Shown here piece after piece: positions 26,646 to 37,490 of a stretch of DNA of 64,000 bases (within the stretch, counting starts at the first letter, position 1; each line of letters opens with the position of its first letter). This stretch comes from an uncultured Candidatus Rokubacteria bacterium (GTDB taxonomy: Bacteria > Methylomirabilota > Methylomirabilia > Rokubacteriales > DASRDR01): the NCBI GenBank assembly GCA_963826115.1, contig CAWGVS010000005.1, forward strand, positions 1,120,001-1,184,000, in the 5' to 3' direction. Both the position numbers and the translations under genes were made by a program. The notes under the pieces were generated by a model that was given only the letters and a program-made list of their open reading frames with translations, ran no database searches and was not told where the DNA came from.

Positions 26646-26697
26646 AAGGTAGAGAATGGTCCAACCCTTGTCAAGCCGCGGAGCCGCGTGGTACGGT
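26646..26697. promoter_or_regulatory. Divergent sigma70 promoters sharing a palindromic -35
   Basis: Minus: TTGACA-N17-TACCTT; plus: TTGTCA-N18-TACGGT with extended TG; both use TTGTCAA at 26668-26674. Confidence 0.6.
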
Positions 26698-26710
26698 CAA
26701 CGCGGTTCCG

Positions 26711-27225
26711 ATGGCGCTCACCCCGGCCGAGTTCCGCGCTGCGCTGCGGTCCTTCGCGGCGGGCGTCACGGTGGTGACGACCCGCGATCGGGACGGGCGC
26801 CCGTCGGGCCTCACGGCCAGCGCCTTCACCTCCGTGTCGCTGCACCCGCCGCTCGTGCTCGTGTGCGTCGACCACGCCGCCACGGCCTACCCGGACTTCC
26901 GGGCGCACGGCTGGTTCGCCGTCAACGTCCTGCGCCGGGAGCAGGAAGCGCTATCGCGCCGGTTCGCCGCTGACGGGCGGCGACAAGTTCCACGGCGTCG
27001 CGTGCCACGAGGGCGCTGCACGGCCTCCCGCTCCTCGACGACGCGCTGGCGACCCTCGAGTGCCGGATCGTCGAGGCCCACCCGGCGGGAGACCACACCA
27101 TCTTCGTCGGGGAGGTCGAGGCCGCCAAGGTCCGCGGCGGGCACCCCCTCGTGTACTTCCAGAGCACCTACCACAGTCTAGCGACCGACACCGCTCCGCC
27201 GTCAGGCGCCCAGGGCCACTCGTGA
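26711..27225 (+). CDS. Flavin reductase (HpaC/RutF-like), interrupted by two +1 indels
   Basis: FAAGVTVVT, TASAFTSVSL-PPLVL; continues in shifted frames as GGDKF (about 26975) and LECRIVEAHPAGDHTIFVGEV (after about 27014) to TGA 27225. Confidence 0.88.
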
Positions 27226-27893
27226 CGGTGGCCGTCGGCGAGCACCGGGAATCGTCATGCCCCCGACCCGCCCGACTCGAGCCGCGCGAGCTAGGCGACC
27301 GGCTGACGGCCGGCGCCATCCTCGTCGACACCCGCGACCCACGGGCGTTCGGCGTCGGACACGTCGCCGGCAGCCTGAACGTCTGGATCGACGGCCCGCA
27401 GTTCGCGGAGCGCGTGTCCTGGTTCGTGCCGGCCGCCGCCTCGCTCGTCCTCCTCACCGAGACCGAGTCCGACGTGGGCCGGGCGGTCCCGGCCCTGGCG
27501 CGGGTGGGGCTCGCGGACGTCGCCGGATATCTCGTCGGTACGGCCTGCGTTCGGGCCGCGGGGCTGCCCGTCGGCACGCTCACCAACGTGACCGTGCAGG
27601 AGCTCGCGGAACGCCTCGCCCGAGAGCCCGATCTGGTGGTCGTGGACGTGCGGGAGTCAGCCGAGTGGGCCGACGGGCACGTGGCGGCAGCCCGCCACGT
27701 CCCCATGCGCCAGGTCGCGGCGCGCATCGCGGAGATTCCCCGGAACCGTCGCGTCGCGATCACGTGCGCGGGCGGGACTCGCTCGAGCCTCGTCGGCAGC
27801 CTGCTCCTGGCGCGCGGCTTCACGGACCTCCTCAACGTCTGGGGCGGCATGACCGGCTGGACGCAGGCTGGCCTCCCCGTCACCCGCGACTGA
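27222..27893 (+). CDS. Tandem rhodanese-domain protein
   Basis: LVDTR...GHVAGSLN and VVDVRESAEW..GHV, active-site CAGGTRS, GGMTGW; GTGA overlap. Confidence 0.88.
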   Translation: MTVAVGEHRESSCPRPARLEPRELGDRLTAGAILVDTRDPRAFGVGHVAGSLNVWIDGPQFAERVSWFVPAAASLVLLTETESDVGRAVPALARVGLADVAGYLVGTACVRAAGLPVGTLTNVTVQELAERLAREPDLVVVDVRESAEWADGHVAAARHVPMRQVAARIAEIPRNRRVAITCAGGTRSSLVGSLLLARGFTDLLNVWGGMTGWTQAGLPVTRD

Positions 27894-27988
27894 GCGGCTC
27901 GTGAGCCGGCTCCGGGCGGCTCCGTAGTCCCCGTCCGCCGACCCGTGCCCCGTCTCGCCGCCCGATCGCCCCGGCGGGTGCCTGCGCC

Positions 27989-29101
27989 GTGAACCTCCTC
28001 CAGATCTATCCGAAGGGAGACTTCTACACCGGCGCCGCCATCCAGCTGCGGGACCTCGCGCGCGGCGCTCGCCGCCCGCGGCCACCGCGTGACCGTCGTC
28101 ACCCGGCCCAGCGAGCGCTGGGCGGACGAGGCCCGCGCCGCCGGCTTCGCGCACCTGGGCTTCTTCCGCGGGCCCGCGGACCCGGCCGGCGCGGCCCGCC
28201 TGGCGGGCCTCCTCCGGCGCGACCGGATCGAGGTCGTCCACGCGCACAAGGGCGGCGGGCGCACCCTCACACTCCTCGCCCGCGGTCTCGCCGCCCGCCC
28301 TCCCCTGATCGTCAACCGGGGCGTCAGCTTCCCGATGGCGCCCGTGAGCCGCTGGCTCGACGGGAGTCGCCTGGTCGCCCGCATCGTGGCCGTCTGCCAG
28401 GCGATCAAGGACGACCTCGTGCGCCAGGGCCTTCCCGGCGGCAAGATCGAGGTCGTCTACTCCGGAACGGACACCGACCGCTTCGATCCGGCGCGCGCGG
28501 GCGGCGACGCTGTCCGGCGGGAGCTCGGCATCGACGCCACCACGCCGCTCGTGGCCCAGATCGGCGTCCGCGAGCCCAAGGGCAACGACGACCTCCTGCG
28601 GGCCTTCGCGCGGATCCGGGCCGCGCGCGGGGACGCCCGGCTTCTCCTCGTCGGCGCGCGGCCGGAGAAGCGGGCCCCGCTCGAGGCGCCTGGCGCGCGC
28701 GAGCGGGCTCGGCGACGCCGTCACGATCTGGGGTTACCGCGACGACATCCCCGAGGTGCTCGCCGCCGCGACCGTGTCCGTCGACGCCTCCCACGAGGGT
28801 CTCGGGATCACCGGCACGCTCCGCGAGTCGCTCGCGATGGAGACGCCCGTCGTCGCGACCCGGGCGATGGGCAACCCCGAGCTCGTCGGCCACGAGGAGC
28901 ACGGCCTCCTCGTGCCGCCGCGGGACCCCGAGGCGCTCGCAGCCGCCGTTCTCCGGCTCCTCGCCGACCCTGCCTGGGCCCGGAGCCTCGGCCGCGCGGG
29001 CCGCGCGCGCGTCGTCGCCGGCTTCTCGACCCGGGCGAAGGTGGAGCGGCTGGAGCGCCTGTACGCCCGCGAGGCCAATCCCCGCGCCGCGCGGCGCCTG
29101 A
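27989..29101 (+). CDS. Glycosyltransferase family 4, interrupted by probably three +1 indels
   Basis: GAAIQLRDLARG | ARGHRVTVV...KGNDDLL | GYRDDIPEVL...HEGLGITGTLRESLAMETPVVAT; shifts at about 28066 and 28688; a third +1 near 29080 would return to the start frame and stop at TGA 29101. Confidence 0.85.
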   Translation: MNLLQIYPKGDFYTGAAIQLRDLARGARRPRPPRDRRHPAQRALGGRGPRRRLRAPGLLPRARGPGRRGPPGGPPPARPDRGRPRAQGRRAHPHTPRPRSRRPPSPDRQPGRQLPDGAREPLARRESPGRPHRGRLPGDQGRPRAPGPSRRQDRGRLLRNGHRPLRSGARGRRRCPAGARHRRHHAARGPDRRPRAQGQRRPPAGLRADPGRARGRPASPRRRAAGEAGPARGAWRARAGSATPSRSGVTATTSPRCSPPRPCPSTPPTRVSGSPARSASRSRWRRPSSRPGRWATPSSSATRSTASSCRRGTPRRSQPPFSGSSPTLPGPGASAARAARASSPASRPGRRWSGWSACTPARPIPAPRGA

Positions 29102-29188
29102 TCCACCCGCGGCTGCGCCCCGCAACCGCCCGCCTCCCGCGCACCTGCGGCGCCGCGCCGGAATCGGGGCGCCCGGCCCGACGCCCCT

Positions 29189-29197
29189 TGCTACAAT
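29189..29197 (+). promoter_or_regulatory. Extended -10 element upstream of the msbA-like gene
   Basis: TG-C-TACAAT, 17 nt before GTG 29215. Confidence 0.5.
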
Positions 29198-29214
29198 ACG
29201 CTCACGGATTCGCC

Positions 29215-30960
<1,746 letters not shown>

Positions 30961-30987
30961 TCAGGATGCGCTGAGGCCGTACCCGCC

Positions 30988-32307
30988 GTGGATCTCGCCG
31001 CCCCCCGTCCACTACCGCTCGGCCGGTCCCGCGACTGGCTGGCCGTGGCCCGCGACGGCGTCCTCATGGGGTTCTTCGTCGCGATGGCGTGCTCGATCAG
31101 CGTCTCGCAGGGCCTGCTCGCGGCGCTCTGCGTGCTCGTCGTCGTCTCGTCGCGACTCGGGCGGACGGGCGGCGCCGGGGCGGTCGCCGCCTTGCCCTGG
31201 ACGGATCTCGCCTCGCTCCGGCAGCACCCGCTCACGCCACCCTTCCTGGCCTTCACCGCCCTGACCCTCGTCTCGTCGGCGTTCTCGGGCAATCCCGGCT
31301 GGAGCTTCTGGATCGCGCGAGACCTCCTCCGGATCGCGACCTTCTACGTCGTCCTCGCGTGCACGCGGGAGCCGCGCCACGCCGTGCGGCTCTGGCAGGC
31401 GTTCCTGACGGCCTTGAGCCTCATGGCCGCCTACGGGCTCGGCCAGGCCTACCTCTGCGGGGTCCGCCCGGGCTGGGTGCCGGCCGCCTGGCTCACCGAG
31501 ATATGCACGCACGCCCAGCGCGTCCGCGGGCCCTTCAGCATCTACATGACGTTCGGCGGGGTGCTCTTCCTCGGTGTGCTGTTCTTCCTGGCCTACCTCG
31601 CCAACGTCCCCTGGCGCCGCGCGTGGTGGATGCTCCCGGGCGTGGCGGTGACATCCGCGGCCCTGGCCTTCACCTACTCCCGGAACGCATGGCTGGGTCT
31701 CGCCGCGGGAGCGCTCGGCCTCGTGCTGACGGCGCGACGCACGCTGCGCATCGTCCTGGTCCTCGCGGCGGTGCTGACGCTGGGCGCGATCGCGATGCCA
31801 GGGGGCGTGACAGAGCGCGTACGGTCCGTCGTCAACCTCGAGGACCAGACCCTCCGGGACCGGGTGGCGATGTGGCGCTCGGGCCTCGCGATGATCGCCG
31901 ACCACCCGCTCCTCGGCGTCGGCCCCGGCGAGGTCCGGACGTGGTATCAGCAGTACCGCCGGCCCGAGGCCGTGCGCCCCAGCACGGGCCATCTCCACAA
32001 CTCCGCCATCCAGATCGCCGCCGAGCGCGGCCTGCCGGCCCTCGTGGCGTGGGTCTGGATCTGGGTGGTCTTCTTCCGGGAGGGCTGGCGGATCCTGGGG
32101 CAGGCCGACCGCGCGTCACCGTCCCGGCGGGCCCTCGTGTGCGCGAGCCTGGCTGGGGTGGCGGGCTTCCTGGTCGCGGGCCTGTTCGAGCACAACTTCG
32201 GCGACGCCGAGGTCGCGATGGTGATCTTCGCGCTGATGGCCCAGCCGTGGGTGGTGCTGCGCGACCTGAGCCCATCCGACTCGAGCGCGTCCCCGGCGGG
32301 CGCCTAG
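30988..32307 (+). CDS. O-antigen ligase (WaaL/Wzy_C) family protein
   Basis: Multi-TM; TYSRNAW, R...W...HPLLGVGPG, HLHNSAIQIAAERG. Confidence 0.9.
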   Translation: MDLAAPRPLPLGRSRDWLAVARDGVLMGFFVAMACSISVSQGLLAALCVLVVVSSRLGRTGGAGAVAALPWTDLASLRQHPLTPPFLAFTALTLVSSAFSGNPGWSFWIARDLLRIATFYVVLACTREPRHAVRLWQAFLTALSLMAAYGLGQAYLCGVRPGWVPAAWLTEICTHAQRVRGPFSIYMTFGGVLFLGVLFFLAYLANVPWRRAWWMLPGVAVTSAALAFTYSRNAWLGLAAGALGLVLTARRTLRIVLVLAAVLTLGAIAMPGGVTERVRSVVNLEDQTLRDRVAMWRSGLAMIADHPLLGVGPGEVRTWYQQYRRPEAVRPSTGHLHNSAIQIAAERGLPALVAWVWIWVVFFREGWRILGQADRASPSRRALVCASLAGVAGFLVAGLFEHNFGDAEVAMVIFALMAQPWVVLRDLSPSDSSASPAGA

Positions 32308-32318
32308 GACGCGGCGGT

Positions 32319-32633
32319 CTACTTGCCGGGCGGCGGCGCCTCCACCGCCTCGAGTGCGGCCGCCGCGGCCTCCCGCACCGAGGCGTCCCCGTCATGCCCG
32401 GCCGCATGCCGGAGCGCCTCCGATGCGCTGAGGGCCTCGGCGCCAAGCCGGCCCAGCGAGTCGGCCGCGAACCGGCGGATCGTGGGGTCCTCGCCCGTGG
32501 CGAGCGCCTCCACGAGCGCGGGTACCGCGCGCGGACCGAACCGGGAGAGCACGCGGCGAGCCTTCCAGCGCCAGTCGTCGGGAGACTCGGGCGCCATCGC
32601 CACTTCACCCAGCAACGAGGTCCGCGCTCTCAC
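32319..32633 (-). CDS. HEAT-repeat protein
   Basis: AVPALVEAL, IRRFAADSLGRLG, VREAAAAAL; start uncertain. Confidence 0.75.
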   Translation of the reverse strand: MRARTSLLGEVAMAPESPDDWRWKARRVLSRFGPRAVPALVEALATGEDPTIRRFAADSLGRLGAEALSASEALRHAAGHDGDASVREAAAAALEAVEAPPPGK

Positions 32634-32664
32634 GACAGTCCGGCGGCGCGGCGCGCGTCCGACC

Positions 32665-33228
32665 CTAGTTGGAGGGCGCCGCGAACGGCAGGAGCGTCAT
32701 GCGGGCGGCCGTGGTGTCCGGCGCGGGCAACCGCCGGGTCACGACGCGCGGCGTATCGGGAAGCGCGTCCTCGACCATGAGCGCGATGCGTTCCCAGTTC
32801 CGGCGCGGAGTGTTCTTCAGGTAGTGGTCGGTCAGGTAGTGCGCCAGCTCGTGGCCCAGGATCGGCCGGCTGTAGTACGGGATGGCGACGAAGTTCGCGC
32901 CTGGCAGATAGAGCGCGCGAGCGTCGGCGCCATGGGGGGCCACCGTCACGATCTGTCGGTACAGGTCGGAGATCCGGCCGGATGACATCACCATGATCCG
33001 GACCCGGGGCTTGCTCGCGTTGAGGTCGACGTTCAGGATGCCGGCGACCTCCTCGAGGAGATCGTCGACCTGCTCCGGGAGGAACTGCTCGTCCGCGTAG
33101 TTCTCGACGGTGGCGTACCGCGTGTGCGTCACGGTCGAGCGCTCACGGTAGCCCACGTCGGCACACCCCACCGCGAGCGGAAACAGCAACAGCGGAGCAA
33201 CGAACCGGAGAGCGTCCGAGAGACCCAT
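32665..33228 (-). CDS. Lipoprotein with HEXXH zinc-metallopeptidase motif
   Basis: Lipobox AVGC; ARALYLP...ILGHELAHYLT...WERIA. Confidence 0.8.
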   Translation of the reverse strand: MGLSDALRFVAPLLLFPLAVGCADVGYRERSTVTHTRYATVENYADEQFLPEQVDDLLEEVAGILNVDLNASKPRVRIMVMSSGRISDLYRQIVTVAPHGADARALYLPGANFVAIPYYSRPILGHELAHYLTDHYLKNTPRRNWERIALMVEDALPDTPRVVTRRLPAPDTTAARMTLLPFAAPSN

Positions 33229-33283
33229 GGCTAGCTCTTTCCGGAAGCCGACTTCCGGAGGAGCTACGGAGCCCCCCCTGCTT

Positions 33284-33370
33284 CTTCGGTAACCCGGCCA
33301 TCAGACCCCACTCGGGGCCAGACCCGTGGCTTTGCGTCCCCACCTCGCGGCGGGTTTGCCTTGTCGGAAG
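33284..33370 (-). ncRNA. c-di-GMP-I (GEMM-I) riboswitch aptamer
   Basis: Minus strand CTTCCGACAAGGCAAACCCGCC-GCGA-GGTGGGGACGCAAAGCCACGGGTCT...GATGGCCGGGTTACCGAAG, with hallmark GGCAAACC / GNRA loop / GGGACGCAAAGCC / GGTTACCG. Confidence 0.93.
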
Positions 33371-33421
33371 CGGCTTGCCTATTCGGTTGTCTCGGCCATT
33401 AACGTCAGCCTCCCTGGAGGA

Positions 33422-33437
33422 TTCAAGTCCGATGCCA
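33422..33437 (-). promoter_or_regulatory. Sigma54-like promoter upstream of the riboswitch
   Basis: Minus strand TGGCATCGGACTTGAA (GG-N10-GA variant). Confidence 0.6.
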
Positions 33438-33624
33438 GACCGATCCGCCGAGATCGACCATGGGCCGCTACTTCAGACAGGTGTGCCTAACTATCCAATA
33501 TGTATGCGAGATACTCGACGTAACACGACCGTAACCAATGAGCCGGCCGGGGCGTGGCTCGCCAATCTTACACGCACCTGCTGTCACATTGCGGCCAGGA
33601 CGTCGCGGGGAACGGCCGAGCGGG

Positions 33625-35352
33625 CTACGGGTGCCGGAAGCGATTCGACAGCGGCAGACGCCAGTCGCGCCCGAAGGCTCTCGGGGTGATCTTCACGCCC
33701 GGCGGCGCCTGGCGTCGCTTGTACTCGTTCCGGTCCACCATCTGGACGACCTGCCGGACCGTCGCCTCGTCGTACCCGAGGGCAACGATGTCCGCGAGGG
33801 AGCGGTCCTCCTCGACGTACGCCTCGAGGATCCCGTCCAGGACCTCGTAGGGCGGCAGGGTGTCCTGATCGGTCTGATTGGGCCGGAGCTCCGCGGACGG
33901 GGCGCGCCGAATCACCGACTCGGGGATCACCGCCGGGCCGCGGGCGTTCCGCCACGCGGCCAGCGCGTACACCAAGGTCTTCGGGACGTCCTTGATGACC
34001 GCGAAGCCCCCCGCCATGTCTCCGTAGAGCGTGCAGTAGCCCACTCCCGTCTCGCTCTTGTTGCCGGTGGTCAGCACCAGCCACCCGAACTTGTTCGAGA
34101 GCGCCATCAGGAGGGTGCCGCGGACGCGCGCCTGGACGTTCTCCTCCGCCACGTCCTCCTTCAGGCCCTTGAAGGGCGCGGCGAGCACCTTCCGGAACGC
34201 CCGGTACGCGGGGGTGATGGGCAACGTCAGGAACTCGATCCCGAGGTTCCGCGCGACGCGCCGGGCGTCGGCCCGCGTGCCGGCCGACGAGAAGGGGGAC
34301 GGCATGGAAACCCCGACGACGCCCTCCCGCCCCAGCGCGTCGACGGCGATCGCCGCAGTCAGCGCCGAGTCGATGCCACCCGACAGCCCCACGACGACGC
34401 GGCGGAATCCGTTCTTCCGGATGTAGTCCCGGGTGCCGGTCACGAGCGCCGCGTACACCTCGGCGTCGCGGTCGAGGAACGCCGCGGGGCGCTCCGGCAA
34501 CGCGGGACGCGGCCGCGCCGGGAGTGCCGAGAGCCGGATCCGCTGGACCGGGGCCGCCGCCACGCGCTTCTCCTTCCGTCGCCGCGAGTCGCGGAGCCTC
34601 GCTCGGAACGCCGCGTCGAGGTCCACGTCCGCGACGACGAGGTCCTCCTCGAACGCCCGCCCGAGCGCGAGCCGGTCGCCGGCGGGATCGAAGACCATCG
34701 ACTGGCCGTCGAACACGAGCTCGTCCTGGCCGCCGACCAGGTTCACGAACGCGAGGTAGCCGACGTGGTCGGCCGCGCGCGTGGCGAGCATCTTCTCGCG
34801 GAACCGCACCTTCCCGACGTGGTACGGCGACGAGTTGATCGAGACCACCAGCTCCGCGCCGGCGAGCGTCTGCGCGGTCATCGGCCCGGTCGGGTACCAG
34901 ATGTCCTCGCAGATGTTGACCGCGAAAACCGGCCCGTTCTCCCCCAGCTCGAAGACCGGGGTTTCCACGCCGGCCTGGAAGTACCGGTCCTCGTCGAAGA
35001 CTCCGTAGTTCGGCAGGTACTGCTTGTGGTAGACGCCGGCCACCGCTCCGTCGTGGCAGACGGCGGCCGCGTTCATGATGTCGTCGCGCCGGTCGACGAA
35101 GCCGACCACCACGATGAGGCCGGTGGCGGCCCGCGCCACCCGGTCCAGGGCGCGGAGATTCGCCTCGATGAACGCCGAGCGGAAGAGGAGGTCCTCGGGT
35201 GGGTACCCCGTGAGGCAGAGCTCGGGGAAGGCCACCAGGTCGACGCCGAGGGCGCGGGCGCGCTCGATCTCGTCGAGCACCCGGCGGGCGTTCCCCTCGA
35301 CGTCGCCGACGGTGACGTTGAGCTGCGCCAGGCCGACCCGGAGCTGTCGCAC
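33625..35352 (-). CDS. nadE: Glutamine-dependent NAD+ synthetase
   Basis: FPELCLTGY, LPNYGVFDE, ICEDIW nitrilase triad; GLSGGIDS, ENVQAR, TGNKSE, PSAEL, EYKRRQ; GGAGG RBS. Confidence 0.97.
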   Translation of the reverse strand: MRQLRVGLAQLNVTVGDVEGNARRVLDEIERARALGVDLVAFPELCLTGYPPEDLLFRSAFIEANLRALDRVARAATGLIVVVGFVDRRDDIMNAAAVCHDGAVAGVYHKQYLPNYGVFDEDRYFQAGVETPVFELGENGPVFAVNICEDIWYPTGPMTAQTLAGAELVVSINSSPYHVGKVRFREKMLATRAADHVGYLAFVNLVGGQDELVFDGQSMVFDPAGDRLALGRAFEEDLVVADVDLDAAFRARLRDSRRRKEKRVAAAPVQRIRLSALPARPRPALPERPAAFLDRDAEVYAALVTGTRDYIRKNGFRRVVVGLSGGIDSALTAAIAVDALGREGVVGVSMPSPFSSAGTRADARRVARNLGIEFLTLPITPAYRAFRKVLAAPFKGLKEDVAEENVQARVRGTLLMALSNKFGWLVLTTGNKSETGVGYCTLYGDMAGGFAVIKDVPKTLVYALAAWRNARGPAVIPESVIRRAPSAELRPNQTDQDTLPPYEVLDGILEAYVEEDRSLADIVALGYDEATVRQVVQMVDRNEYKRRQAPPGVKITPRAFGRDWRLPLSNRFRHP

Positions 35353-35424
35353 GCGGCCCTCCGGGCTGGAGTATATCAAATCGGCCTTGACGAACCTCCG
35401 AACGCTTCGGATCATGTGGGCGCG

Positions 35425-35628
35425 ATGACCGACGTCCCCGTCGAGCGGCGCACCTACTTCCCGCAGGCGATTCCCGCCGGCGCCGAGCGGCGCGCCTGCC
35501 CGGTCTGCGGCCGTCTGACGCTCGTGCCCTGGTACCTGCGTCGCGACCGCGAGCGGCACGTCTGGCGCCGCTGGGTCTGCACCGCGTGCCAAGCGCATCA
35601 GGACCTGCCCGAGGACGAGTCGGCCTGA
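35425..35628 (+). CDS. Small zinc-ribbon protein, 67 aa
   Basis: CPVC...CTAC pairs; fills the gap between nadE and the amidohydrolase; TTGACG-N17-GATCAT upstream. Confidence 0.7.
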   Translation: MTDVPVERRTYFPQAIPAGAERRACPVCGRLTLVPWYLRRDRERHVWRRWVCTACQAHQDLPEDESA

Positions 35629-35644
35629 GCCCGGGGTCCGCCCC

Positions 35645-36499
35645 GTGACGAAGGCCATCGACGTCCACTGCCATCTCTCCACGCGCCCGCAGTACGAGGC
35701 GTGGGGGCCCTACCTCGAGCCTATGGAGCGGTACTACAAGTTCCGACCCGACGTCCGCACCGAGGACGAGATGGTGGAAGACCTCCGCCGGGCCGGGGTC
35801 CGCGCCTGCATCATCGGCTGGGACGCCGCCGCGGGCTCGGGGGGGCCGCCGCTCACCAACGACTACGTCGCCGACCTGGTGCGCCGCTACCCCGACACCT
35901 TCCCGGGCGGCTGGGCCATGGTCGACCCGTGGCGCGGGCGCGAGGCGCTCCGCGAGGCGGAGCGGTGCCTCACCACCCTCGGCCTGATGGGGCTCAAGTT
36001 CCAGGCGACCGCCCAGGCGTTCTTCCCGGACGACCACCGCTTCTATCCGCTCTACGACCTCTGCCGGTCCTTGGGCAAGGCCGTCCAGTTCCACTCCGGC
36101 ACGACGGGCTTCGGCGCGGGCACGCCGGGCGGCATGGGACTCAAGCTGAAATACTGCCGGCCCATCCCGCACCTCGACGACGTCGCCGCGGACTTCCCCG
36201 ACCTCACGATCATCGCCTGCCACCCGTCGTGGCCCTGGCAGGACGAGATGATCGCGGTCTGCCTCCACAAGGCGAACGTCTTCATGGAGATGTCGGGATG
36301 GTCGCCGAAGTACTTCTCGGAGGCGCTCAAGCGCGAGATCCGGGGACGCCTGCAGGACCGCGTGATGTTCGGCTCGGACTATCCCGTCCTGAGCTACGAG
36401 CGCCTCTTCCGGGACTGGGAGTCGGAGGGATACCCGGACACGGTGCTGGAGAAGGTCTACCTGCGGAACGCCGAGCGGATCCTCGGCCTCCGCGCCTGA
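35645..36499 (+). CDS. Amidohydrolase family 2 protein
   Basis: IDVHCH, GLKFQ, FHSGTTG, DFPDLTII-CHPSWPW, MFGSDYP. Confidence 0.92.
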   Translation: MTKAIDVHCHLSTRPQYEAWGPYLEPMERYYKFRPDVRTEDEMVEDLRRAGVRACIIGWDAAAGSGGPPLTNDYVADLVRRYPDTFPGGWAMVDPWRGREALREAERCLTTLGLMGLKFQATAQAFFPDDHRFYPLYDLCRSLGKAVQFHSGTTGFGAGTPGGMGLKLKYCRPIPHLDDVAADFPDLTIIACHPSWPWQDEMIAVCLHKANVFMEMSGWSPKYFSEALKREIRGRLQDRVMFGSDYPVLSYERLFRDWESEGYPDTVLEKVYLRNAERILGLRA

Positions 36500-36576
36500 G
36501 GACCGCGCCCCCGATTCCCTCGCGGCCGGGGGCGGCGAGCCCCGGTCCTGCGCGCGCCGCCGGTACAATGAACGTC

Positions 36577-37485
36577 GTGCGACCGATGCTCGAGGCCCGC
36601 GCCCTGATCAAGCACCTCGGCGGCCGGCGGGTCGTCGACGGAGTGGATCTCGTCTGTCTCCCGAGGCAGATCCACGGTCTCCTGGGGCCGAACGGCGCCG
36701 GCAAGACGACGACGCTCCGCATGCTGTACGGCTTCCTGACCCCCGACGCGGGTGAGATCCGCTTCGAGGGTGTGGACGCGCGGCAGGACCTCGCGGCCGC
36801 CAAGCGCCACATCGGCGTCTGCACGCAGGACGACACCTTCGACGGGGAGTTCACGGTGGAGCAGAACCTCCGGATCGCCGCCGAGTACTTCCGGCCGCGG
36901 CCCGAGGCCCTGGGCGAGCGCGTGGGCGGGCTCCTCGACCGCTTCGAGCTCCGCCCCTTCGCGCGCCAGAAGCCCGAGACGCTCTCGGGCGGATACCGCC
37001 GGCGTCTGATGCTGGCGCGGGCGATCGTGCACCGGCCGCGGCTCCTCTTCCTCGACGAGCCCACGACGGGCCTCGACCCCCAGGCCCGCGTCGCCGTGTG
37101 GCAGCTGGTCGACGGGCTGCGCGCGGACGGGCTCGCGATCGTCCTGACCACGCACTACATGGACGAGGCCGAGCGGCTGAGCGACGTCCTCACCGTGCTG
37201 GCCCGAGGGCGCGTCGTCGCCCACGGGACGCCCAAGGCCGTCCTGGGCGACTCGGTCGGCGAGCACGTCGTGGTCGTGGCCGCCGCCCCGGACGTCGGCA
37301 CGGGGCTCCTGCCCTGGCTCGCCGGCAGGGGGCTCGGGGAACCGGCCACCGTGCTCGGCGACTGGCACGTGCCGCTCAGCGCCGAGGCCCTCGCCGAATT
37401 CGCCCGCGCCTTTCCGCATCTCCGCTACGAGGTGCGGAGTCCCACGCTCGACGACCTCTTCCTCAAGCTGGCCCTGGAGCCGTGA
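36577..37485 (+). CDS. ABC-2 exporter ATP-binding protein (NodI-like)
   Basis: GPNGAGKTT, LSGGYRRR, LDEPTTGLDP, TTHYMDEAE; start could be 36568, 36577 or 36586. Confidence 0.92.
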   Translation: MRPMLEARALIKHLGGRRVVDGVDLVCLPRQIHGLLGPNGAGKTTTLRMLYGFLTPDAGEIRFEGVDARQDLAAAKRHIGVCTQDDTFDGEFTVEQNLRIAAEYFRPRPEALGERVGGLLDRFELRPFARQKPETLSGGYRRRLMLARAIVHRPRLLFLDEPTTGLDPQARVAVWQLVDGLRADGLAIVLTTHYMDEAERLSDVLTVLARGRVVAHGTPKAVLGDSVGEHVVVVAAAPDVGTGLLPWLAGRGLGEPATVLGDWHVPLSAEALAEFARAFPHLRYEVRSPTLDDLFLKLALEP

Positions 37486-37490
37486 CGCAC

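Noticed and set aside
33284-33370. cGAMP-specific (GEMM-Ib) riboswitch
   Set aside because: The position-20 equivalent is G (AAGGCAAACC), not A
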